A DNA stretch of 64,000 bases from Schizochytrium sp. TIO01 (lineage: Eukaryota; Protista; Bigyra: Labyrinthulomycetes). The translations under genes and the position numbers were made by a program. A model generated the notes under the pieces. It was not told the origin of the DNA, searched no databases, and worked only from the letters and a program-made list of their open reading frames with translations. Where the stretch lies: positions 8,526,483 through 8,590,482 of the forward strand of contig SMSO01000032.1 in the NCBI GenBank assembly GCA_004764695.1, given 5' to 3'. This document shows, in pieces, positions 1 to 12,647 of this stretch. Numbering within the stretch: the first letter of the stretch is position 1; each line of letters opens with the position of its first letter.

Positions 1-1682
1 GTATCGTGAGCTATGGTATAACCATCAATGCGTAAGTTCTAAAGCTGTTTGGTTGACAATTAAGCACTGGGCTAGGTTGAGACTCATAATTCTTCAAAAC
101 AATCTATAGAATAAGAGTCTATAAAAAAGGAGTAAGTGCAAATGAAAAGGCCTCATTCATGCGCTTGAATGTTCTTAAAAAAAAAAAAGAATCTGAGGAA
201 AACAAAAAAACACTTGCAGAGGAGTTGCTCATGTATGAGGTTTATTTATCAAAAGGAAAAAAGATCTGCTCAGCTCTTTGTTGGACTGAGTGTTAGAATC
301 TGGATATATGGCTTCAAAATTCAGTTTGAGGTTGCTGCCTTTTTTCATTTCAATTAAAAACTTTTAAAAAATAAAATTAAAAAGACCTTTTTGAAAGAAC
401 TTGAAGGGAAACACTAAAAATAAAATAAAATAAAATATAGATTATAAATAGAGACACTATTCGATCACACAAAATATGTGGTTCGCGAACATCTTTTGAG
501 AAATAAAATGCTAATTCTAAATCCATTCTGCAATTAAAAACCAGCAGACTTGTTGTGTCAACCTGCGTCGTTCCAACGTAGGAGATAATCTTCAATTTTA
601 GCAAATTCATTGTTCTATTTGAGTTTGCAGTTGGTGAGACTTTTTTTTTGAAACAATTATAGGATAACGTTGCTTCGAATATCTTATAATTTATCAATGT
701 ATAAGGGTGAATGGACTTCCGAGTAATAGTGAATTCTCTGGAATTCTCAGGAACTTTCAATGGGATCTGATTTTTTATTTACATTTTAAAATATAAATTG
801 AAGATAGAGGCTTTTTTTCTACTTTCTTTTTCTGAATAAAATCATAGTAGACAGTCGCTACTCACAATCCTATGTACCTACTTTCTCCAGGGAGGAAATT
901 GATAATTCGTTGCTGCAGAGCTGCTTCTTCATTCAGAGAAGAAAGTACGTAGCGCTACTCAGTAGCTGAGGAACAACTCGTTTGTGCGCTTTGCCTCCAA
1001 AATGAGTGGAGTTGCATAGCTGGAGTGCCGTGACCAAACGAGTATGGGTACAATTCGATTGGTTCTAACTGGTGTTCTATTTCTTACTTTCTGTACATTA
1101 CCTACCTAGTTCCAGCCTACTCACCTACCTACAACTGCACGAAAGGAAAGAATTAATCTCTCTCGGCTGCTCCTGAAGAGGTAGGTAGGTACCTACGATG
1201 ACCGGCAGCTTCAAGATACATATGTATGCGGTACACATGTAAACATTTATTCATTTATTCATTAACCACTACTTCAATATACGTACCACAGCTTGAGGTT
1301 CAACGCCATTCCTTCTTCAACTCATGGGATTGAATTTGAAAACATGCATAGCTCCATGCAAGTCGTGGCTTCGAATTCTTCCATGCTTGTCACCAAATCC
1401 CGCTCCAGCCTGCAATCGTCTATACATTCTACTCTTAAAATTTCATGAAACCCAGGCCTCCCAACCAATTAAATTCATCAAGCAATCTTGCCAAACGTCA
1501 TGCCAAGGCCCATCGCCACGCCGCACGCGACAGCAGTAGCGCCAGTCATCACTCAACCCCAAGACACGACGTGCAGAACTAACTCCCAAGCACAGCAAAC
1601 CTCGAGATTCGAGCCGAGTACTTTCGTCAACAGCATTTTCATACTCAGGCAGGCAACCTACCTGCCTGCAAAAGATCAATGA

Positions 1683-1775
1683 GTACGTATGTATGTATGC
1701 ATGTATGTATGAATGAATAATAAACGTATGTTATGTATGCATGTATGTTAGGTATGTATGTATGCATGTATGTAT
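1683..1775. repeat. Degenerate (TATG)n microsatellite
   Basis: Run of gtat/tatg/catg units read directly from the sequence; begins with GTACGT. Confidence 0.8.
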
Positions 1776-2230
1776 TCCCTCCGAAGTCCTTAGTGCTACC
1801 ACCTCCGAGGCCTCTGCTGATTTCTTTCAAACTCTTTATCCCCTTCACTGATCGATCCTCGCATGTTCATTAATTCAGCTCAGATGCTATGGGGCTGGGT
1901 ACACCTGCGATGTGTCGTCCCCAGGGGGCCGTGATAAGTCGTGCCAGCCAGCGAGCGAGCGCTGCGAACCTCGAATTCTTTCTGGTTATCTGCTGAGCTC
2001 AGGCCTGGCAGCTGAAAGGCCATTACTCCAGAGCGGAAGGCGGTCGCCGCTCAGCGAGTTGGTCTCAGGGGCGCTCGCTCTGGTTTGTCGCTTTGCGTTG
2101 TTGGTCTGTAGCTGCCCTGCCTTTCTTTCCACTGGGGGGATTCTCTAAGGAAGATGGTCCTTTATCAGAGGGAGGGAGAAAGAAGAAGGCCGCCATGAGA
2201 TTTTCTTCGCTCGCTCTTCTGAGGGAAAGA

Positions 2231-2438
2231 CACTCATTCATTCATTCACTCATTCATTCACTCATTCATTCACTCATTCATTCATTCATTCATTCATTCA
2301 TTCATTCATTCATTCATTCATTCATTCATTCATTCATTCATTCATTCATTCATTCATTCATTCATTCATTCATTCATTCATTCATTCATTCATTCACTCA
2401 TTCATTCACTCATTCATTCACTCATTCATTCATTCATT
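2231..2438. repeat. (CATT)n microsatellite, ~52 units with occasional CACT variants
   Basis: Directly visible tandem array; accounts for the HSFI repeats in spurious ORF 2093..3037. Confidence 0.98.
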
Positions 2439-5400
2439 GGAGCGCTGAGGACTCAGTGACGACTCTGACGAGGAAGGAGGAGGGCTCTGCAGAACCCTTT
2501 TTGGCGCCACCGCAGAACCCGCCTCAGCGAGCGAGCGAGCTCCACGTGCTTTGCTTTGCAAAGCGTGGTGGGCTCGCTCGTCGCCGCGGGGCTCGAGCAG
2601 GGCTGCCGCGAGGGCATGCTCGCTCGGGGGCTGGCCGGCGGCTGTCGGTTTGCGAAAGGGGTGGGTTTCGATCACAGTTCCGGGAGGTGGGGAGCGAGCT
2701 GTGCGAACGCTCCCAAGCAAGAAAACAAGCAAGCAAGAAAACAGGCAAGCGAGCTCAGGCAGGAGGACTTGGAAAAGCTGCTCGAAATCCTCTTGGGCGG
2801 GAGAGAGAAAGAAACCCAGTCGCAATTCGTTCTTCCTTCCTCGACGGGGATGTCCATCCAAGGTATCCTGGACTCGCCCGGCCCTCCCGAGTGCTGCATG
2901 TCCTTGGCAGCGAGAAGCGAGTGAATGCAACCTTGAGAAAGAAGGACACGCCACGCGATGGGCCTCGAATTCAAGATTGTAAGCTCTCGCGGTCTCTGTG
3001 CGTGGCTGGCTGGCTGTCTGGAGGGCAGATTGATTGAATAGTAGGAGCTGCCAGCAGGTGACGAGTGCTACTGCTACGAAGCTGCGGACAATGGGTACCT
3101 AAGTCTTCTCGTGGCTCTGGCTTGAGCAGACTCCGCGTACAATAACTGTTGCGAAGTCTCGCGAATGCTTTGCGACAAAGATTTTGCCGCGATGTTTTTT
3201 TTTTGTTTTTTTTTGGTTGCCAAAGCAAGGCTCATGGCGACAGGGAATGGTGAAGATATCAATGTGGAGACCGCAGCAATCAAGCAAGCAGGCACGCACG
3301 CAAGCAATGAAAATTGCCTGCAAGATTTGAACGATCGCGAAATCAAAACGGAGATAGGAAAGTAAAAATAGGAAGAGATACAACCATCATCATATAGGTT
3401 CAGGCGGATTGTTGAATGCAGTTGAAGGCAATTGCGGCGAGCATATCAACGGTTACTTCATATTTATAGTTTGGCTGGCAACTCCAGTAGGTTTTGTAAA
3501 AGTATGAAATTATATTTAACATATTCAGCAGCTGGTATGATGGAAAGGACAGAAGTCAAGTTTGCGCAGTCGAATATTCATTAGAGGTACGTACTCATAT
3601 GGATACACTGGCACTCCTGATAGAAAAGAAAGATCGAAGAGGTTCGTTCCAATCCCAATCTTCGCAAGGTCTTCGAAACCCACATTCGTTACGTTTTCTA
3701 CACTGCCACCTTTTCTACACAAGATAAAAGATCAAGAAGCAAAGTGTGCCACTCTGGAAAGACCAAAAGGAAAAAATTGTCGTGTCAAGTTGAACAAACT
3801 TTTTAATCTTAAGACTATAATTCGAGGGTCTGCGCACGTAGCGTTTGATTCTCCATTATCTCCATTTTCTTCACTTATAATAAACTAAAAATGAAAGACC
3901 CCTACCTACCCGCCACTTGAAAAAGGTGTTCACAGCACCTTCCTCGCATCTTGAAAGCTGATTGTTTTAGATACACCATTATAATAATTAAGTAATTATT
4001 ATTATTATTTCTCTAGTTCCTCTTCAAGTTTTCGCGCAGCGGAATAATTAAATATGCTCGGAACAACCAGCATACTGTTCAGACGAGACGCCCAGGGCAG
4101 CAGCTATTATGCAGATGCTGTGGAGGACCATCAATACCTCCTCGTCTCATTCCTTCTTCACCTCCAAGAATTCGTCTTGTACTGGCGAACAGTTTTGGAA
4201 GAGCCCTAAGTGCTCTTCAAGAGTTCGTTGCTAGCTAGTTAGCCATGGCTAGCGGTCCTAGCTAGCTTCCATTGCAGTTTAGTGGCATAGGCAGTAAGAT
4301 CTGAATTCGCCGGCTATGATTACGGCGACTTCTTTAGGTAGCACTCTGACGTCATTTGTTGATAGTTGTAAGTAAGCAATCCAATGCTGCTGCTGCTTGT
4401 GCTTATCTCGATCAACGCCAGGTTCTGGGTACATGAAAGTTGCTGGGTGCGCGAAAGGGGCCAGGACTCGCCAACTTGGTGAGGAATCTGAGATACTGTA
4501 AACGAGGCTTTCGTTGATCAACGGTGCTGATTGAATGAATTTGCTGGCAGTTCGGTTCTGTGGATGAAACGCGAGGAAGTTAAACGCTTGTGTATTCATG
4601 GCACTACCGCAGGAAGTTGTGAGATTTCACCCGGAAAGGCCGGCGCCCGCTATCGTCAATCATTCCATGGCGCGCAAGTCGGCTTCGTTTCACGCTGCAG
4701 CGCGAGTTTTTGGTGAACTTGAGGTATGCGAGAGAGCATAGCCGACTCGACGTCAAGGGTGGCGAAAGGATCCTGGGTAAGGAGGCAACGTCGCAGAGGT
4801 AAAGGGGAGAGTAAATTGAGTCTAGTAGGATAGAACGACTGGTACATTACTCGTTCCGGTCTCAATTGGTAGTTAAAAGAAGTGTTCCTCGTTTCTAGAC
4901 AGACGACTGTAGTGCAAGTATCTATGCACCTGCAGGTACGTACGTGGTAGTGCTCGCTTAGTCAGGCAGGCAGGCAGACATGCTTATCTGCTTGTATTAG
5001 CACTTTTCTTGACATTAGAACACCAATGGGAATGGCATGCGAGCGCCAGGAATGATAGGGGGGACGCAACACCACTTTTCCTGAGGCGAAAAACGAGTAC
5101 ATAGTGAGACTTGCCTGCAACTGATGGTTCAGGTAGAAATAAATTTGGCAGATTGGGAGTGCACCAATGTCCCTTTTTCCTTTTTCTTTTTTTAATGGGG
5201 TGGCTGTGCATCATCGAATTTCGAAGGCTACTATTGGGCCACGATTGGTCGATAAAGCACGTGTAGTTTGAAGTTTGGTAGCCAACTTCATGCCATCCTC
5301 GCGTTTTTCTTTGACACAGGAACTGATCATCCTCGCTCCTAGCAATTTAAACGCCGATTGCTACATTGAATGTCAAATTGTGCCACACGCGCTGAGGCTC

Positions 5401-8400
5401 TCGCCGCTACCTTTCTTCTGTGGGTGCCTACGAATAACTTGAAGTAGGTAGGCACAAGTGAAAGCTACGACCAAAAATGTTGACGAGTTGAAAGACTTTA
5501 GATTGAGTGTGCAGCAGTTCTCTCGTTCACTCAAAAACAGCCTCCAAGGATGTGCAAAACGACCATGTTCAATTAAGATGAACTCAAAATTAGAACGGTT
5601 AATCAGGAAAACTTATTCCTCGAAAGGCATTCGTTGGCGACAAAAGAAGAAGGGCTATCTGGAGCTTTGCTTAGTTAACGAAGAAAAGTTAAACTCGCGG
5701 AAACGGAAAGATCAATTTTACTAATACGATGAGTAATACTGTCTCCATTCAGAAGCAAAGTATAGTGAAGGAAATCAACACAGAGGGACGGTGCTATATC
5801 CTGCAATGATAGCGGTGGATGCGCTGGGTTGAAAACTAAAAATAAACGCTAACCAAATGGAAAAAAATGTCCTTTACTATGGCATAAGTAGACAGCGAAA
5901 TATGCCAGGGAAAATCCATCAAATTAGTCGGACCAGAAGGGATCGATTTAATACATCAACAGTAAAAGAAGAGAGCCCATCAAGCAGAAGAACATGCTGA
6001 GACATACATCTCCCCCATAGGCTAAACTACTACAGAGCTGTGGCATCACCATTATACGTAGATTTATGAAGCAGCAAAATATGTACAAGCTCAAGCTTTG
6101 CTTCGAAAGTAGTGGAAAGAAATTCTGCTATTGCTCTTATATATAGTAACGTCTTTTGTATTCTTTTGTTTAATGGCAATCCTCTTTGCAAAGGTTTGAA
6201 TTCGAAAAAGTATATTTCTTTAGTGACAGGCAACCTACCGATTGTATTCGCGGCCTTAAAACTGATAAATCAGAAGCACCACACTCAGCTGTTATGACTT
6301 GGAACCTTTTAATGTGGGCATATTATAGTAGTAGAGGTATTTTGAATGCTTGACATTTAAAAATTAAATAAATTATCCTGATGTATCTACTTATTTACGT
6401 TTTCTTGTTTTCTCGTGTGTTAAAAAAAAAAAAGAGTTAAAAAAAAAAGCATTTATAAGATTGATAAATGAAAGACATGCAAGCAACAAAGTAATTCCGG
6501 GGTTCAGCTCATCTTTTTATTTTAAATTAAAAGAATATAGTATTATTTTTATAATTACGGACTCTCAGATTAAAATAGAAAAGAAAGTTTATTACATTAT
6601 TAAAGATTTAAAAATGAAATAAATAGCTCATTTTTAAACGGTATATATTTAAATTTTAATATAGTCTCTTTTCTCTTCTTTGCAACCTGAACAACAAACA
6701 CTAATCATTAAAAACATTTAAAAAAAAACGTTTTAAAATCTCAAGAGTTATATTATCATTTTCCAATTTAGGTAAGGAGTCTAGAAGTAGGTACCCAAAA
6801 CTAAATATTTGATTAAAACTATTATCTCTTTATAAATAGATGATCTAATTTTTTCTAAGTGATTTTCAAGTTTGCTTTTAGAAGCAAGTCGAAAAGTAAG
6901 AAAAATACATGAGAAAAACAGAAGAAACACTGACCTACCTAGTATGATTCCGTGTCATCTTTAGAGTGAAAACATTTAAATCCAGCCAATCCGGCTGTGA
7001 GGACTCAACTGAAGGTGTTCTATAAGTTGAGTTGGGCCTCGAGCCAACTTGACTCGCAAAAACACTTAAAATCCCTCGCTCGTCGGGTCCTTGAATATCC
7101 CGTTTTTTGGGAGAAACGAACTTTTGCATCACGACACTTCGTGGTTATTTTCTTGCCCATATTCTCTTCTCTAGAGATACTCAACAAAATCCGATACCGC
7201 GTCCAAGGTTGATAGCCTATAGATACTTTAATAAGAAGAAAAAAACTGATTCTCAAATATCCCAGTGACGCACAGCATCATAGTGACTGGTACGTCGTTA
7301 ATTCCCTGAAAAAAAGGCAACATTCTTATGAGTGATTGACTGACATCCTCCCAGGATCACATATCGGCTGATAGATTTAGATGGTGAAGTATGCGCATCA
7401 AACCTTCGTTGAAGTAATCCTGTTTTTATGGAAGCCCAGCTCCATTAAATGAACAGTATGCGAGGAGAGCTTACCATAACACTCTATTAGAGCAATTCTT
7501 CAAAATAATTAAAGCCCAATGATAGGTGGAACTACCCAGTAGTACTGCTGTTGTTCTTTGCAGTGCGCAGCACGTGCAGCAGTTGCAAAAGCAAGACCAA
7601 GAGAAGCAGTGGAGCAGCCTGGGCAGGGAATTAGCCAGGGCCGTCGGGTAACCATGCAGCACAGTTTTCAAAGTGACGGAATGGCGATCGAAACCTGACC
7701 AATGAATATTATGGCGAAACGACGGGGTCAGAGCTTTCCACAATGCAGTGCTTGCTTGTTTCCAGACCGTTGGTGTGGTGGAGATGTAAAAGAACGATAT
7801 CCACCCGCCCAAGAAGCTGGCTGTGAACTGCTTTAGTATCGCTCTTTGGAGGCTCCTGGTCTACACTTACATTGGCTAGCGCCAATGTCAGTGCCATGGC
7901 CAAACAAACACCGTTGGTTGGTGGGCGTGAGGAGCGTTGACTATCTTCCCAGCTGCCGAGGAACAAGCAATGATGGTGAGAAGATGATGATTGGTCGCTG
8001 CACTATCGCACTAGCGCATTAGTATCACATTATCGCTGACCAGAACCACCGAAGTTGCGCAACCGCAATTGTGGAAGTTCTGTTGGGCAAGCCGCGACTG
8101 TGTTTGGCAGCCAAGAATAGCACAGGTTTACGGCACACAATGAAAGGCTGGAAATCTTACCTGTTTCTAGGGTAAGCCTGGTGGGGTTCAAAATGGGAGG
8201 TTTTTTTATTGAGCGAACATCTTTAGTTTTGCCGGGTGTCTCAATGTGGGAGAATGGATTGCTCTAAATTTGATATCAATTTGCAGACATTGTGCGTCGC
8301 TGTCTCTGTTTAAGATAGTCCGTGATGAGAATTAGCGTAGCCCTGCGTCGCTGAGAATCCTGAGACGGGTTAGGATGGCCCACGCAATACAAAAACTCTA

Positions 8401-11400
8401 ACCCACCTTCACCTAGCAAAGTTCCGCGATCAAAATGTTCTGCGGAATTTCCAAGTGGGCGAGAGGGAGCCCATCTCTCTTTCTTTGTTTTGTTTTGTTC
8501 TTTGATCTAATAGACACACGTTCGCAATAGACCAGAATGAGAAGGCTGGGAGAAAAACGAGCTACACCACACAAGCACGTGGCTCGGTGTCCAGGCACGC
8601 GGCTTAGTTCGAACATCTGGGAAAATGACTTAGGTATAGGCGAGGCTGCCACGAGAGGGAAAAAGAAGGTACCTGGGACGAGCTAATTGATACTTAGCCC
8701 AGCTAGGAGCGGCCTTGGTTGTTCAATAAGAGGCATCCGACGTCGTGAAGTTTTCCAGCTTTTTCTTTTGGGGCAATATTTTCTTTTGTAAAAATAGAAA
8801 AGAACTTCCTTTGCTTCCCTCCTAATTTACTTTGTGAGTGGTCTCTTTTTTTTTATTTTATTTTATTTTTATTTTTTTTAAATGGCGAACCAGAATGAGC
8901 AACTCGAACTTATTAATCGTGTCAAGCACAATATTAGTAGAAAACTCCAAATCGACTGCCGAAAAATCCACTTTGAAAGGGGAAAGTTTCGTGAGATACA
9001 ACTATAGGAAACTTGGGCTTCTCGTATCTACAATTCAAACTATATCAAGCATACTAAATTATTATTATTCATTGATTCAATAATCTTTATCATATTGCGT
9101 ATATATATTTATTTAGAATAATAGGTAATATTAGTAATAGTTTTGCGAAAACCTGGTGAATAGATATCGAGGGAAAGCACGTTGGGGACACCGAAGGATG
9201 ATGCGATAACATCGTTTAAAATCTGCAACAATCTCTGAAAGTTTCATAAGTGTCATACGGCGGATGGCTGATTGCATCAACGTGAGTAGTATATTACCTC
9301 TGGGAAAGAGAATAAATTAGTCTTGACTAATTCATATTAATATTTAAAAACAAAAAATAAAAGCATTATATGCGTATCATGATAGAAAAGGTATATACTA
9401 TACATAGGGGCAATGTTTTACTTATTTCTTTTTAAAGTAAGAAAAAAGAAAAGAATATGTTGTGTCACGACGCACGCAAGTGCAAGGTCACACGTCGTTC
9501 TTGCATGGATTTGTACAGCCTTCATTGCAGAAAACTTCCGCGATGGATAACGATAATGCGTAGCAGTGCCGCCGCATGTAAATAGATATAATCGTCAAGC
9601 TGATAATTACAGCGACGCGATGGCAATTTGCTTCGGAAGTTTGCTTTCTGGTGCTTTTACGAACACACAAGGACGTGTTTTTGTGCGCCAAAAGAAACAC
9701 CACCTTCGTGCTTTGGCTTAGATGTCCACTCATCAGCAAGGCCACCTGGTCTGTTTATCATCCGTAACGTTTCCTTTATTCAGTCCAGAATCTGACAGCC
9801 ATGATGGCAAAATTGCAAGAACAGCACCCTTAGCCCTAAAAATAGAGGCAGTTCTGATGCGAGCTCAAAGCTTGCTGTGGAGTTTCTGTGTCACCTCATG
9901 CTAAGGTCTTCAAAAGCCTGCATTGCGACGGGTATGTATTTTGAAGCATAAGATGCAGCGGCGGGAAATAGTTTTTGGTTATTATTCAGAAGGGGGTTCG
10001 AAGATTCGCCCGCCTTGAGTCTGCGTGGCTTCCCTGGCTGCTAAGAGCCTTTGGCGAGAGCGGCCGCCGTTTGCACGTCGTCTCGCGAGGAAGCAAAACG
10101 CTGCGACTACATAAAAAGCCAAATCCACTCTTGGGGGCGCGAATCTCGAAAGACGAGAACGAGGCAGACTTAGCAAGCTAGCAAGCAAGCAGCGAGGGGA
10201 GTCACGAGACTCAGGACGCAGGCCAACTCTTGAGAGCTCCATGAAGGTTCATCGAGCCGCTCCTGAATATGCGCGAATTGCGTGCACGTTTTAAAAGTAT
10301 GGCGGCCAATTAGTGTCTTTCTGGCAATAAACAGAGAAAACAAAGAAAAAAGCGAAGGTGAAAGAAACAAAGAAACAAAGAAACGCAACAAACACAACAA
10401 ACACAACAAACAAATCAAACAAATCAAACACCCCGGCGAAGCAGCGCAGGCCGTCTATAAGCCGCCCCTGCCTGGTGTCGAGACCCTTCTGCTGCGCAGA
10501 TGTGGTGTTCTGCCAGCCAGTACCCGCGTGGACGGACGCATTACGGCGTCCAAAGCTTCGAAATAGGTACTAGGAAGTATGGGTCGAGCAAGGTCGCGAA
10601 ATCACCCGCTTCCTGCCCGAAAGACAGCAGGAGCCCTTTCCTTTTACGCACCTATACATGTAAATGTATGAGAATGTATGTAAATGCATGTATCTAAATG
10701 TATGTTTGTTTGTTCGTTCGTTTTTTCGTTTATCCAGGCCGCCTTGTTGCCTTCCTGTGGCGCCCTTGACTTGTCTACTCGGGTCGGCGCAGGTGGAGCC
10801 CCCGGCGAGCGAGAACGCGCCAAGGGCCGCTTCTTTCTGCGGGTGCCGCTGCCCCCATCTCCGCGGAAAACGCCAGCAAGCAGGCTGGAGCGCAAGATCT
10901 GGGCCTTTTCGGACCCTCTCACGAGTCTCAGTCTCGCTGGTGGCGCGAGAGACGCGAATTCTGCGACGGCCTCGTTGAGAGCGAGTGGCAAAGGGGAGAG
11001 CGCCGCGCGCGATTCTTTCAGTTTCCAAGCCCGAAGCTGTCTTGTCTTCTCCCGATGGGCTCCCTCCTCAGACCAGGGCTCCTCGAGTTCGTGGGCCTTT
11101 CGAAATCGAGCCACCGGCACGGACTGCGCAGGAGTAAAAAAGTAGGTGCCGCTTGGCAGGGCTGCCAAAGAAGAACTCTTGCTGACTGGAGCATCTCTGA
11201 TAATATCGTGTGACGGATGGGCTGCCTCTGATTTTGATTTAGATCGACCGTGGCCGTGGCCCAAAAGAGTACGGGAGCATTTTTGAGGAAGCTGGTTCGC
11301 TGACAAACAAACAAACAAACAAAACAAACAAACAAACAAAGAAACAAACAATCAGCAGGACGGCCAAACGGCGGCCGACCTTGGTTGGCTGGAGTGGGCG

Positions 11401-11734
11401 GGAAGGGAGACTCACTCGCGAGCGCAGCGCAGGCAGAGCGGACGCAGAGGAGGAGCAGGATTGTACGTTTGACACTCTTTCGGCGAACTGCAGAGGAGTT
11501 CAGACGGAAGCCCGATTGCGGGAGGTGCGCGAATCAGGAGCCCACTGAGAAAGAGGGCAGCTTTCGAAAGCAGGGCGCGGCAGGAAAACTCGATTGAGCC
11601 TTGGAATCGTCTTGGGGATCGTGCAATAAAGTAAACGAGGCTCGACCTCACCGACCAACCAGCCACTTCTGCAATTAAGCAGCATGGATGCTGCCTAAAC
11701 AGGAGAGGTCTGAAAATCTGAAAACGATTGCGCC

Positions 11735-11754
11735 TAGGTGCTTAGGTGCTTAGG

Positions 11755-11813
<59 letters not shown>
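11735..11813. repeat. (TAGGTGCT)x3 followed by (GCTT)n, ~14 units
   Basis: Directly visible tandem arrays. Confidence 0.95.
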
Positions 11814-12347
11814 CTGTGCACCAACCTCGTCGAACCATGCGAGAGGAAGTTGTCGCTAGTTTGAACGGTGCACCGTCGTAATACCCTTGCTCAGCTCCAC
11901 AGTTATTCTGAGCACAACGAGCTTGCTGGCAGGTTTCATTTTTCGTGTGGCCGTGAAACGGCGAGTCCGTTTGCGAATCGAGTGTACCGCAGGTAGCCTG
12001 CTGTCCCGAAAAGTCTGCTGTAGCTGCAGTGATCCTGCTCGAAGAAAGCGTTTCCAGCAAAGTGGCGCAATAAAGTCACGATTGGGACAATGCGGAAGAA
12101 GCGAAGCAAGTGTGCTTGGTGTCCACGACGTCTAGCTAGCTAGATACGATTGGTTGCCTTGTTTTCGTTTATTTGAAATGAGAGATAGAGAGGAAATGTT
12201 TTCCAAGAAAAAGAAAGAAACATAGAGGTCTTCGCTTCTGAACCTTGCAGGAAAATACGCTGACATGATTCATTTTGGTGTTGTGATTGTGGAAACGTTT
12301 CTTTGAATGTTCTGTGCATTTCTCAAGCAAAGCCCCATGCAATAATA

Positions 12348-12371
12348 GTACGTAGGTAGGTACCTACGTAC
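12348..12371. promoter_or_regulatory. Palindromic element GTACGTAGGTA-GG-TACCTACGTAC (candidate DNA-binding site)
   Basis: Perfect 11-bp inverted repeat with a 2-nt spacer. The 17-mer GTAGGTAGGTACCTACG (12352-12368) is identical to 1181-1197. Function is inferred. Confidence 0.4.
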
Positions 12372-12601
12372 CGACTGAAAGCGTTGGCCTGTAAACTCAT
12401 CTTCTATTCTCTCCACTTCTATTCTTCTTGAATTAAAAAGATGTAAAACATTAATTTAAAAAATAGAAAAAATAATTTACAATATATACACAGGCAGCAG
12501 CCTTGGTAGCTTTTCAATAAAATAAAATAAAATGATAATACTTACTATACGATAATATATTGTAAAAGAGTAAGTTCAAATTAACAAAAGATGAAAAAGA
12601 T

Positions 12602-12602
<1 letters not shown>

Positions 12603-12647
<45 letters not shown>
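12603..12647. repeat. (GAAA)n microsatellite
   Basis: Directly visible; lies within an AT-rich island. Confidence 0.95.

Noticed and set aside
2093-3037. 314-aa ORF with HSFI repeats
   Set aside because: Kept open by the (CATT)n microsatellite and GC-rich sequence; no domain; overlapping ORFs in most frames.
7520-7960. Protein-like plus-strand frame with internal stops
   Set aside because: No recognisable homology; cannot be told apart from random sequence without a search.
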